A DNA stretch of 64,000 nt from Gemmatimonadales bacterium. GTDB lineage: Bacteria; Gemmatimonadota; Gemmatimonadetes; Gemmatimonadales; GWC2-71-9. The notes beneath the pieces were generated by a model. It had not been told where the DNA came from. It was given only the letters and a program-made list of their open reading frames with translations, and searched no databases. Positions 18,134-26,548 of this stretch are shown here, one piece after another. The position numbers and the translations under genes are program-made. Within the stretch, counting starts at the first letter, position 1, and each line of letters opens with the position of its first letter. Where the stretch lies: contig DATAOI010000049.1 in the NCBI GenBank assembly GCA_036265815.1, positions 12,126 to 76,125 of the forward strand. The letters run 5' to 3'.

Positions 18134-19083
18134 TCCCGGAGCCACCCGTTGCGGCGGAACCAGAGATAGATCGCGACTGTCACCAGGCCCATCGCGGCCA
18201 GCACGACCGGGTAGCCCCAGCGGGAGTGCAGCTCCGGCATGAAGTCGAAGTTCATGCCGTAGACGCCGACGACGAACGTGAGCGGCAGAAAGAAGACCGA
18301 GAACACGGTCAACACCCGCATCACCTCACCCGTCCGATGCGAGGCCAGCGAGAGCTGGATACTGAGCAGGGTGTTGGCGTCGTCCAGCATCTCGTCGACG
18401 TAGAAATGGAAGCTCTCCAGATTCTCCTGGACGTCCCGGAAGAGCGAGACGTGCTTGCCCGAGAGCGGGGTCATCCGCTGCACCACGTCGACCGTCCGCC
18501 AGAGCAGCCGCTTGATCAGGGTCACCTGGCGCTTCAGCACGTGGATCTCGCGGAGGCCGGCCGCGAAGCTCTGCTTGGCCCTGTCGCCGCCGGAGAAGAC
18601 GTCCTCCTCGAACGCGTCGATGCGCGCTTCGACCAGCTCCAAGGGATGCAGATAGGTGTCCAGCGCGGCATTCAAGAGCTGGGTGAGTAGATACGCCTGC
18701 AAGCCTTCGTTTCCCTGCCCCGGCGGTTTGTGCTGGTGCTCGTGCCCGATCCGGTCCACCAGCGCCGTGAGCCAGGCCTGCTCCCGCCGGTGCACGGTGA
18801 GCAGGAATCCCGTCCCATAGAAGATGGCGATCTTCCGAGTGAGCTCCTGCACCGTGGTGCAGCTCCGGCTGGAGCGCTCATCGAACACCCGGATGATGGC
18901 GAACGCGTAACCCTCCAACTGCTCGAACTTCGGCAGGTGCTCGGGATCGAGGCAGTCGTTCACCGAGGTGGGCTGCAGTCCGTACTGCCGGGCCAGCTGG
19001 TTCAACTCTTCGGCGGTCGGGTCGACCACGTCCTCCCAGACGAACGCGGGCTCGGCCCGGCGCACCACCGTCCGCATGGTCAT
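18130..19083 (-). CDS. corA: CorA-family divalent cation (Mg/Co/Ni) transporter
   Basis: 317 aa with the C-terminal ...FFLPLTFVVGVYGMNFDFMPEL... GMN motif and two TM helices. ATG 19083 overlaps the larB TGA. Confidence 0.9.
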   Translation of the reverse strand: MTMRTVVRRAEPAFVWEDVVDPTAEELNQLARQYGLQPTSVNDCLDPEHLPKFEQLEGYAFAIIRVFDERSSRSCTTVQELTRKIAIFYGTGFLLTVHRREQAWLTALVDRIGHEHQHKPPGQGNEGLQAYLLTQLLNAALDTYLHPLELVEARIDAFEEDVFSGGDRAKQSFAAGLREIHVLKRQVTLIKRLLWRTVDVVQRMTPLSGKHVSLFRDVQENLESFHFYVDEMLDDANTLLSIQLSLASHRTGEVMRVLTVFSVFFLPLTFVVGVYGMNFDFMPELHSRWGYPVVLAAMGLVTVAIYLWFRRNGWLRE

Positions 19084-19835
19084 CCGTGGCAGATCCGGCT
19101 GGCCGCCGCCGCGGCGCCGAAACCGTTGTCGATATTGACCACGGTCACTCCAGCGGCGCAGGAGTTGAGCATCCCGAGCAGTGCGGCGAGCCCGCTGAAC
19201 GAGGCGCCGTACCCGATGCTGGTGGGCACCGCGATCACCGGCACCGCCACCAGCCCACCGACGACGCTGGGCAGCGCGCCCTCCATACCAGCGACGACGA
19301 TGACGACGCGGGCCTGTTTCAACTGGTCGCCCGCGGCAAGCAGGCGATGCAGGCCGGCGACGCCGACATCCATGAGGCGCTCGACCCGATTGCCGAATGC
19401 GTCGGCCACCACCGCGGCCTCCTCCGCGACCGGCATGTCGCTGGTACCCGCTGAGACCACCAGGATGGTTCCGGTCGACGGCGGCACGGCCGGCACGGGC
19501 GGCCCGGCCAGGTGCACCGTCCGCGCGATCTCGTTCCACACCATCCGGGGAAAGCGCGCCTGCAGTGCGGCAGCCAGCTCCTCCGATGCGCGGGTGCCGA
19601 GGAAAGAGCCGCTGGCGGCTTCGAGCCGCTCGCAGATGGCCACCACCTGGTCGACCCGCTTGCCCTCGCAGAAGACGACTTCAGGCTGGCCCTGACGCAG
19701 GGCACGATGGTGATCGACGCGAGCGAAGGGAAGCTCTTCGAAGGGAAGGTGGCGCAGGCGGTCCAGCGCCGCGGGAGGGGCGAGGCGGCCGGCGGCGACG
19801 TCGGCGAGCAGGGCCTCGAGCTGCTCGGCTCTCAC
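19080..19835 (-). CDS. larB: nickel-pincer cofactor biosynthesis protein LarB (PurE-like carboxylase/hydrolase)
   Basis: 251 aa. ...ILVVSAGTSDMPVAEEA...VVIVVAGMEGALPSVVGGLVAVPVIAVPTSIGYGASFSGLAALLGMLNSCA... is the COG1691/LarB pattern. GTG 19835 overlaps the dusB TGA. Confidence 0.8.
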   Translation of the reverse strand: MRAEQLEALLADVAAGRLAPPAALDRLRHLPFEELPFARVDHHRALRQGQPEVVFCEGKRVDQVVAICERLEAASGSFLGTRASEELAAALQARFPRMVWNEIARTVHLAGPPVPAVPPSTGTILVVSAGTSDMPVAEEAAVVADAFGNRVERLMDVGVAGLHRLLAAGDQLKQARVVIVVAGMEGALPSVVGGLVAVPVIAVPTSIGYGASFSGLAALLGMLNSCAAGVTVVNIDNGFGAAAAASRICHG

Positions 19836-20815
19836 GCCACCGCGGCAACCGGCTCGAGATATTCCAGGAAGATCGCTTCCGCCTCCGCGATCGACTCGAT
19901 CCGGAAGAGACGCTGGCGCAGCTCGCCGGATCCGTGGAGACCCTTGGTGTACCAGCCGAGGTGCTTGCGGAACTCGACGACCGTCTTCCGGGTGTCGCCT
20001 TGCAGCCGGATGGCGAGCCGGGCGTGCTCCAGGGCCACCCGGAAGCGCTCGGCGGCCTGCGGAGGCGGCGGCGCGGGCTGGCCCGCCAGGCGCGCCCGTC
20101 CATCGCGGAACAGCCACGGATTCCCGAACGCGCCGCGACCGACCATGATACCCGCGCAGCCGGTGTGCTCGCGCATCCGGAGGATGTCGTCCGCCGTCTG
20201 CAGGTCCCCGTTGCCGATCACCGGGATCTCCAGCGCCTCGACCACCCGGGCGATCTCGTCCCAATTGGCCTGGCCGGAGAACATCTGGGTCCGGGTCCGG
20301 GCGTGCAGGGTGAACGCGCGGGCGCCCGCGTCCTGCATCCGGAGGGCGATCCCCACCGGGTCGCGCTCCTCCTCGCTCCAGCCGCTCCGGGTCTTGACCG
20401 TGACCGGCAGGTGGGTGGCGCCGATGACCGCGCGGATGATCCGCTCGACCAGATCCATGTCGCGGAGGCAGCCGGAGCCGCCGTTCCGCTGGACCACCTT
20501 CTTGACCGGGCAGCCGAAGTTGATGTCGATGAACTCGGGGCGATAGTGCTCGGTGATCAGGCCGGCGGCCTCCGCCATGCCCTCGGGATTGGCGCCGTAG
20601 ATCTGGATCCCGATCGGCCGCTCGACCTCCTCGAACTCGGCGCCCTCGAGGGTGTTGCGGATCCGCCGGCGGATCGCCTCGGAGGAGAGGAACTCGGAGA
20701 GCACGACGTCGGCGCCCATCGCCCGGCAGATCTGGCGAAAGGGTGCCTCGGACACTCCGGCCATCGGGGCCAGGAGCAGCGGGCAATCGACCGTGGAGGA
20801 GTAGGGCAACTGCAT
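19832..20815 (-). CDS. dusB: tRNA-dihydrouridine synthase
   Basis: ...LLLAPMAGVSEAPFR..., ...IDINFGCPVKKV..., ...VTVKTRSGW..., ...IPVIGNGD... (Dus TIM-barrel motifs). Confidence 0.9.
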   Translation of the reverse strand: MQLPYSSTVDCPLLLAPMAGVSEAPFRQICRAMGADVVLSEFLSSEAIRRRIRNTLEGAEFEEVERPIGIQIYGANPEGMAEAAGLITEHYRPEFIDINFGCPVKKVVQRNGGSGCLRDMDLVERIIRAVIGATHLPVTVKTRSGWSEEERDPVGIALRMQDAGARAFTLHARTRTQMFSGQANWDEIARVVEALEIPVIGNGDLQTADDILRMREHTGCAGIMVGRGAFGNPWLFRDGRARLAGQPAPPPPQAAERFRVALEHARLAIRLQGDTRKTVVEFRKHLGWYTKGLHGSGELRQRLFRIESIAEAEAIFLEYLEPVAAVA

Positions 20816-20905
20816 GGCGACAAAATACTTGGCCGCTCGGCGGGGGGCAATGGAACGCGGGGTCCAGATTGGAACTCGGGCGGCGCGGGGCGCGTAGGAC
20901 GGAGA

Positions 20906-20977
20906 GGGCGAGGCGGGAAGGGCGGGAAGGGCGGTCAGGACGGTAACGATGGTAAGGACCGGAGCGGTGGGAAGGAC
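20906..20977 (+). repeat. array of eight tandem 9-bp purine-rich units (consensus about GGKAAGGRC)
   Basis: Units in order: gggcgaggc, gggaagggc, gggaagggc, ggtcaggac, ggtaacgat, ggtaaggac, cggagcggt, gggaaggac. Contains five closely spaced GGG runs (20906-20931). Confidence 0.85.
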
Positions 20978-21019
20978 ATATACCAGCTACGAGGATTAAA
21001 ATGTCTAGTTCCTCCAGAT

Positions 21020-21082
21020 CACCTTCCCGTTCTTTCCCTCCTTACCGCCCTTCCCGTCCTTCCGGTCCTTCCCACCGCCTTG
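21020..21082 (-). repeat. inverted array of seven 9-bp units of the same family (pyrimidine-rich on + strand)
   Basis: + strand units: caccttccc, gttctttcc, ctccttacc, gcccttccc, gtccttccg, gtccttccc, accgccttg. Reverse complements include gggaagggc and gggaaggac, identical to left-array units. Confidence 0.85.
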
Positions 21083-21140
21083 CCCTGCTGAAACCCTCAG
21101 TCTGCTCCTGCCGTTTCAGGCCACCGCCCAAACCGATCCG

Positions 21141-22355
21141 GTGCTCGATTCCCGCCGCGCCGCCCAGGAAGCGGCGCGGGCCTACCAGACGCACGACTAC
21201 CGGGCGTTCCTCACCCACGCCAGGGAGGCGGAGCGGCTCCGCCCTGCGCACGGTGGTGCGATATACAACCTCGCCTGTGCCTACGCGCTCACCGGGGACA
21301 CGGCGGCCGCATTGGCCATGCTCGACCGCTTCGCCGGACTCGGCTACGCGGCCGACGTGGCGGCCGACTCCGATCTCGCCGCGCTCCGGAGCACACAGGG
21401 CTTCCAGCATGTGCGGCAGCGGCTGGCCCGGAACGAAGCGCCGCTGGAGCGGAGCACGGTGGCATTCTCCCTTCCGGAGCGAGATCTGCTCACCGAGGGA
21501 ATCGCCTACGATCCGCAGGAGAAGGCGTTCTATCTGGGCAGCGTGCATCACCGGAAGATCGTTCGGGTCGACCGCCGCGGGCGGATCGGCGACTTCGTTC
21601 CCGAGGGTCGCGACAGCCTCTGGGCGCCGCTCGGCATGAAGGTCGATCCGGTTCGCCGGGCGCTCTGGGTGGCGACGGCAGTGATGCCACAGATGGCCGG
21701 GTTCGTTCCCTCCGACAGTGGCCGCTCCGGGATCTTCCGGTACGATCTCGCTTCGGGACGACTGACCGGCCGCTTTCTGCTGCCGGCGGATGACGCGTTC
21801 CACGTACTCGGCGACCTGACGATCGACCGCGCTGGGAACGTGTACGCCGCGGACAGCCGATCCCCGGCCATCTATCGGGTGCGCGCGAGCGGCGACACCA
21901 TCCAGCGCTTTGTCTCTTCCCCGCTCCTCCTGGCGGCCCAAGGCCTGGTGTTGACGCCGGACGAGCGCACAATGTATGTGGCCGACTACTCCCGTGGTAT
22001 CCTCCGGATCGACATGGCCTCAGGCGCGATGTCCCTGCTCCCTACCCGGGACAGTGTGCTGGCGCTGGGCATCGATGGGCTCTACCTGATCGGCGGCCGT
22101 CTCGTCGGAATCCAGAACGGCGTGATACCGCACCGCGTGGTGCGTCTCACCCTCTCGCCGGCGGGCGACAGCGTCACGGCCGGCGAAGTGCTCGAGCGGG
22201 CCCACCCGCGGTACGCCGAGCCCACGCTGGGCGTCGTGGTGGGTCACGACTTGTATTATGTCGCCAACAGCCAGTGGGAGCGGTTCGGCGAGGACGGACA
22301 CGTGGCGGATCCCGCCGTGCTGCTTCCTCCGACCGTCCTGCGGCTCCGGCTTTGA
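21141..22355 (+). CDS. TPR-like N-terminal region + beta-propeller (SMP-30/gluconolactonase/NHL-like) repeat protein
   Basis: 404 aa. The N-terminus is helical and TPR-like (...AIYNLACAYALTGDTAAALAMLDR...), followed by repeated strand-rich blades (...GIAYDP..., ...LWVATA..., ...GNVYAADS..., ...MYVADY...). GTG start with no obvious SD. Confidence 0.75.
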   Translation: MLDSRRAAQEAARAYQTHDYRAFLTHAREAERLRPAHGGAIYNLACAYALTGDTAAALAMLDRFAGLGYAADVAADSDLAALRSTQGFQHVRQRLARNEAPLERSTVAFSLPERDLLTEGIAYDPQEKAFYLGSVHHRKIVRVDRRGRIGDFVPEGRDSLWAPLGMKVDPVRRALWVATAVMPQMAGFVPSDSGRSGIFRYDLASGRLTGRFLLPADDAFHVLGDLTIDRAGNVYAADSRSPAIYRVRASGDTIQRFVSSPLLLAAQGLVLTPDERTMYVADYSRGILRIDMASGAMSLLPTRDSVLALGIDGLYLIGGRLVGIQNGVIPHRVVRLTLSPAGDSVTAGEVLERAHPRYAEPTLGVVVGHDLYYVANSQWERFGEDGHVADPAVLLPPTVLRLRL

Positions 22356-22434
22356 CACGCTTTCGCGTGCGGATTAGGTTGCCGCTGGCCTCTGCTGCCG
22401 CACGACCTCGAGCCACCTTCGGCCCCGCCATCCT

Positions 22435-22887
22435 ATGCGGCTCAGCGAATTCTTCAGTCCCGATGCCATCTCGACCGGGCTCGAGGGAAGCACCAAGGAC
22501 CAGATCCTCGCGGAGCTGGTGGCGTTGCTCCGGCTCGACGAACGGGCCACCGAGACGCTCCTCCGGATGCTCCAGCGGCGAGAGAGCCTCGGCTCGACGG
22601 GAGTCGGCCGCGGCATCGCCATCCCCCACTGCCGCTCCCTCGTCGTGAGCCGTCTCAGGCTGGCGTATGGCCACCGCAAGGAAGGCGTGGACTTCGATGC
22701 CATCGACAGCCGGCCGGTGTTCCACTTCTTTCTGATCGTGGCACCTCCGCTGGAGATCTCCAACCAATACCTTCCGGTGCTCGGCAAGATTGCCCAGCTG
22801 GCCAAGGAGCCGGACGTACCCAACCGATTGGCCGCCCTCACGTCCGCCGACGAGTTTCTCCGTCTGCTGGAGGAGAAGGGAGTGTAG
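22435..22887 (+). CDS. ptsN: PTS EIIA(Ntr)-type nitrogen regulatory protein
   Basis: 150 aa. ...SKDQILAELV..., ...RESLGSTGVGRGIAIPHCR... (phospho-His), ...FFLIVAP... This is the typical EIIA type-2 fold. Confidence 0.85.
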   Translation: MRLSEFFSPDAISTGLEGSTKDQILAELVALLRLDERATETLLRMLQRRESLGSTGVGRGIAIPHCRSLVVSRLRLAYGHRKEGVDFDAIDSRPVFHFFLIVAPPLEISNQYLPVLGKIAQLAKEPDVPNRLAALTSADEFLRLLEEKGV

Positions 22888-22889
22888 CC

Positions 22890-25070
22890 GTGATCCGGGG
22901 CAGCGCCGCCATCCTGGTTCTCGTCTTGCACGCCGCGCGCGTGCTCGGCCAGGCCCCGGGCGATCGCCTCGCTCTCCAGCGGTTCCGCGATTCCCTCTCG
23001 CGGGTCGACGACACCACCTCGCTTCGCGACTATCAGCATCGGCTGCACTCCTCCTCGACATCGAACGGTGACACCGACCGGCTCCGGGCCGGACTGCTGG
23101 CGTTCCGCCTGGCCGAGCTCGGTGCCGATCGCGATTTCGGCGATGCGATCGACCTGTTTCGTAAGCTCACCGCGCGCCGGCCCGACTGGCCCCTCGCCTG
23201 GCACGCGCTCGGATTGGCCGAGGCCCGGCGCGCGGCCTGGGAGCAGTCCGACCCGCTGGCGCTGGGCAACCGGGTGGGCGTGCGGACTCTGGCGCGGGCG
23301 GCCGCTGATCAGCGTCGAGCGCTCGACGCCGACTCGAGCTTCGACCCTGCCGCGCTGGCGCTCGCCAGCCTGACGCTCGGTCTCCGCGACACGGCGCTGT
23401 ACGCCTCCGCGTGCGATGCGCTCCGCCGCGCGGGAGCCCCGCCGAGCGCCAGCGCCACGGTGCTGCTGGCGTGGGGTCGGATGGAGCGCGCCGCGGGCCG
23501 GATGGGCGACGCGGCCACCGTGTTCCGGCGCGCGTTGGCGGCGGCCGGCAGATCGCCTGCGTTGGCGCTGCTGGAGCTCGCCCGCACTCGACTGGCCGCC
23601 GACGGCGCGGATGGTGAGCAGGCCTACTATGAGGGCGCCGCCCTGGACGATGTCGCGGCGGTGGCGGGCTATCGCGCGGACCTGGTGCCGATCGCCACCA
23701 AGACGGAGCTGGCCGGCTTCGATCGGAGTCGGGGTGCGGCGCGGGTCGAGTTCCTTCGCGACTTCTGGACCGAGCGGGACCGGCTGGAGCTCCGCGCCAG
23801 TGGCGAGCGGCTGCGCGAGCACTACCGGCGGCTGCTCTATGCGAGCCGTCACTTCGCGCTCACCACCACCCGGCGCTTCTACGGCGACCGGGACGCCTAC
23901 CGATCGGGCAGCGAGGAGCTGGACGACCGTGGCATCATCTACGTTCGTCATGGCGAGCCCGGCGAGCGCCACCGCCCCTTCGTCTTCGGGCTGATGCCCA
24001 ACGAATCGTGGCGTTACGCGCGGGCCGACGGCGACCTGCTCTTTCACTTCACCGCCGGCTACGACAGCGGCGCGGGCGGCGACCTGTACGACTACCGCCT
24101 GGTGGAGAGCGTCCTCGACATGCGGGGAGCCAGCGAAGCGCCGGTGGACCAGCTGCTGCTCTCCCGGCAGTCGCTCTCGCCCGTCTATGGGCGCATGCTC
24201 AACTGGGGAGCGGGCGGGGCCGCACGGGCGCGGGCCCGGGAGCGGAGCATCGGCCGGGTGAGTATCGCCTACGGCACCACCACCGACAGCTACGAGCTCC
24301 AGTTCTCCCGGCGGCTCACCGCGTACGCCGACCTGGTGGCCATTGGCCAGCGGGATGGCGCGCCGGTGGCGCAGTTCGTGTTCGCCATCGGGGCGGCGGA
24401 GACCACGCCGGTACACGAGGTCGGCGGCGTGAGCTATCCGGTGCGGGTGCGGCTGGTGGCGCTCGACGCGCTGGAGCATGCGGCGGGGAACGTGGACACG
24501 ATCGTCGTGTTCCGGCTGGACCGGCCGCTCTCCCGTGGGCGGTATCTCATCGGCCGAGTGGAGCTGCCGTTGCCGGCCGGGGGCTGGAGCTGGCGGGCGG
24601 CGCTGTCGCAAGGGCATGACGCTGGCGTGGTCCTGCCTCGCGACACGGTGCGAGTCGAGGGGCCGGGACCGGGGCTCGGGTTGAGCGACCTCGCGCTCGG
24701 CATCCGCGCGGCGAGCGCGCGGTGGCTCCCGACCCCGGCCGACACCGTGCTGCTTACGCCATTCAAGCTCTTCCTCGAGGGCAGCGAGGTGGAGCTGTAC
24801 TACGAGGCGAGCGGCACCGTGCCCGGGACGGCGTACCGGCACCAGATCGCGGTGTATCGCCTGAAGGGCGATGGGCGCCTGGAGCCGAGGCCGGTGGTCA
24901 CCCTGGGGTTCGAGGAGCGGGCCGAGGGGGTATTGCTCCGCTCGCACCGCACCCTGCAGCTCGGCCGGCTCAAGCCTGGGGCGTACGTGGTGGAGGTCAA
25001 AGTCGCGGGGCCGGCGGCGGAGCCGGTGCGGCGGCGGCGGGAGCTCAGGGTGGTGCGGGGTGAGCGGTGA
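22890..25070 (+). CDS. large secreted TPR-like protein with degenerate GWxTD-type domain
   Basis: Signal peptide MIRGSAAILVLVLHAARVLGQAP. The central ...EFLRDFWTERD...EHYRRLLYASRHF...DDRGIIYVRHGEP... resembles the GWxTD-domain core, although the GWxTD tetrad itself is not conserved. GTG start 2 nt after the ptsN stop. Confidence 0.75.
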   Translation: MIRGSAAILVLVLHAARVLGQAPGDRLALQRFRDSLSRVDDTTSLRDYQHRLHSSSTSNGDTDRLRAGLLAFRLAELGADRDFGDAIDLFRKLTARRPDWPLAWHALGLAEARRAAWEQSDPLALGNRVGVRTLARAAADQRRALDADSSFDPAALALASLTLGLRDTALYASACDALRRAGAPPSASATVLLAWGRMERAAGRMGDAATVFRRALAAAGRSPALALLELARTRLAADGADGEQAYYEGAALDDVAAVAGYRADLVPIATKTELAGFDRSRGAARVEFLRDFWTERDRLELRASGERLREHYRRLLYASRHFALTTTRRFYGDRDAYRSGSEELDDRGIIYVRHGEPGERHRPFVFGLMPNESWRYARADGDLLFHFTAGYDSGAGGDLYDYRLVESVLDMRGASEAPVDQLLLSRQSLSPVYGRMLNWGAGGAARARARERSIGRVSIAYGTTTDSYELQFSRRLTAYADLVAIGQRDGAPVAQFVFAIGAAETTPVHEVGGVSYPVRVRLVALDALEHAAGNVDTIVVFRLDRPLSRGRYLIGRVELPLPAGGWSWRAALSQGHDAGVVLPRDTVRVEGPGPGLGLSDLALGIRAASARWLPTPADTVLLTPFKLFLEGSEVELYYEASGTVPGTAYRHQIAVYRLKGDGRLEPRPVVTLGFEERAEGVLLRSHRTLQLGRLKPGAYVVEVKVAGPAAEPVRRRRELRVVRGER

Positions 25071-25537
25071 AGCTGAAGCCAGCAGTTGCCACCGTCCTAC
25101 CGATGGTCCTCCTGAGCGGTGGCTGCGGATCCGGTTCTGGCTTTGCGCCCGTCCCGGGGCCGCCAAATGGGTACGCGTACGCGTATGCCTCGCCGGACTG
25201 TGCCCCTTGGGATGGGCGTGCGGTCGAGATCGTACTTACCACGGTCCCGACGAACGCGCCGGAAAGTACACGACCTCAGCTCCGACTGGCCATTTACCCG
25301 AGGGACGCCGAGATCACTGGGAAGGCGTACCGGTGGCCGGCGGACCCCGAGATGGCCACGGGAGCGCGCTGCATTGCCGACTCCTGTGAGGTTGCGGCCA
25401 CGGGTGAGATAGAGCTCCGGCCGGCACGTCCCGATAGCTCATTGGAAGGCACAGTGACCCTGCGTTTTGGCTCGAATGATGTGGCGGCCGGTGGGTTCCG
25501 GGCGGCATGGCGCCCGCGGCGCATCCTCTGCGGGTAA
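25067..25537 (+). CDS. lipoprotein, unknown function
   Basis: MKLKPAVATVLPMVLLSGGC lipobox. GTG 25067 overlaps the upstream TGA (GTGA). Confidence 0.7.
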   Translation: MKLKPAVATVLPMVLLSGGCGSGSGFAPVPGPPNGYAYAYASPDCAPWDGRAVEIVLTTVPTNAPESTRPQLRLAIYPRDAEITGKAYRWPADPEMATGARCIADSCEVAATGEIELRPARPDSSLEGTVTLRFGSNDVAAGGFRAAWRPRRILCG

Positions 25538-25660
25538 GGTGAGCCTGCAGCATACCCGCTTAACCGCGCATGCAGCCGACTGGCCGGTCTGGCGCGGAAG
25601 GCCTCTCGGGCAGAGGTTCCTAGCGCGCTTCGGAACGATACCCAACCACGGGAGGCACGC

Positions 25661-26062
25661 TTGGAGCAGTTACACGCAGTCCTTGAAAGTCCGCGCATAC
25701 CTCGGCGCGGCCCCTACTCTCAGGCCGTACGCGTCGGTGATCTGATCTTTGTCGCGGGCCAGGCTGGGATCGACCCGGCTACCGGGGGCATAGTCGGCCC
25801 CACGTTCGAGCTCCAAGCCCGTCAGGCCTTTGAAAACCTCCGCGCCATCCTGGAAGACGCTGGGAGCGGGCTGGGTCAGGTCGTCAAGACCACCTGCTTC
25901 CTCGCCCTGCCCGACGCTTTTGATGCCCTGAATGGGCTCTATGCGGAATACTTCCCGACCGCTCCGCCGGCCCGCTCGACTCCGCTGGTGCAGCTGCCGC
26001 GCGGTCTTCTGTTCTCGGTCGAGGCGATCGCGGTCGCAGCTCCGGGTGGCGGCACCGCCTAA
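25661..26062 (+). CDS. ridA: RidA/YjgF-family reactive-intermediate deaminase
   Basis: ...RRGPYSQAVRVGDLIFVAGQAGIDP..., ...VKTTCFL..., ...PARSTPLVQLPRGLLFSVEAIA. TTG start. Confidence 0.85.
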   Translation: MEQLHAVLESPRIPRRGPYSQAVRVGDLIFVAGQAGIDPATGGIVGPTFELQARQAFENLRAILEDAGSGLGQVVKTTCFLALPDAFDALNGLYAEYFPTAPPARSTPLVQLPRGLLFSVEAIAVAAPGGGTA

Positions 26063-26100
26063 CTTTCGTGGTCACATGCGAAGACATCACGAGGTATCAC

Positions 26101-26532
26101 ATGGGCGCGTCTGTAGTTGCCTACTGGCCTGGTATGACCGATGACCAAGTCGAGGCCCAGCCCGGCTTCTACAATGACGACCGCGCATGGGGCAACTGGA
26201 TGGCCGAGCGGGAGGACGACGCTGCCGTTTCCGATGCCATCGGACGTCTGAAGGCGGAGGCGATCCTGACGTTCAAGACCGACGGCTGGGAGGACGAGGA
26301 CGTAGCCTGGGTGAGCCCCCAGGAGCTGCGCGAGGCCGCGGTGAGATTACGTGCAGCGGTGCATGCTGGAGCGCCGGAGATGCGCGTCATTCTGGCTTCC
26401 TATGAACGGAACGCCAACCACATCGACCCCATTTCGGAAGAGTTCGTCCGTGACTTGGACGACATCGAGGCGATTACGCGGTGGGCCGAAGCCGAAGGGG
26501 CGACCAAGATGACGCTCGAGGTCAACTGGTAG
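26101..26532 (+). CDS. hypothetical acidic protein
   Basis: 143 aa. ATG 26101 is preceded by GAGG. Codon usage is coding-like. D/E clearly outnumber K/R. No motif recognised. Confidence 0.6.
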   Translation: MGASVVAYWPGMTDDQVEAQPGFYNDDRAWGNWMAEREDDAAVSDAIGRLKAEAILTFKTDGWEDEDVAWVSPQELREAAVRLRAAVHAGAPEMRVILASYERNANHIDPISEEFVRDLDDIEAITRWAEAEGATKMTLEVNW

Positions 26533-26548
26533 GTGTAAGGAGAGAGCC

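Noticed and set aside
20906-21084. Whether the 9-bp arrays are a CRISPR array, or encode collagen-like (G-X-Y) or Pro-rich peptides.
   Set aside because: The units are contiguous 9-mers without spacers, so this is not CRISPR. The G-X-Y-like reading (GKGGKGGQDGNDGKD) is only the tail of a 564-aa antisense shadow ORF, and no start codon or SD precedes the arrays in a sensible frame.
21009-21140. 44 codons open in-frame upstream of the GTG of the beta-propeller gene (FLQITFPFFPSLPPFPSFRSFPPPCPAETLSLLLPFQATAQTDP), which could suggest a longer protein with a signal peptide.
   Set aside because: The stretch has no ATG, GTG or TTG. A pyrimidine-rich tract cannot easily contain stop codons, so the open frame is expected by chance. 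The hydrophobic segment is too short for a convincing signal peptide.
21001-21639. 212-aa ORF starting at the only ATG in the AT-rich core (MSSSSRSPSRSFPP...).
   Set aside because: It is a Pro/Ser/Arg-rich repeat translation that continues out of frame across the well-supported beta-propeller gene.
22374-25166. 930-aa ORF on the - strand spanning ptsN and the GWxTD-like gene.
   Set aside because: Same shadow-ORF signature (extreme Arg/Pro/Gly content). The + strand genes have a signal peptide, a phospho-His motif and coupled start/stop overlaps.
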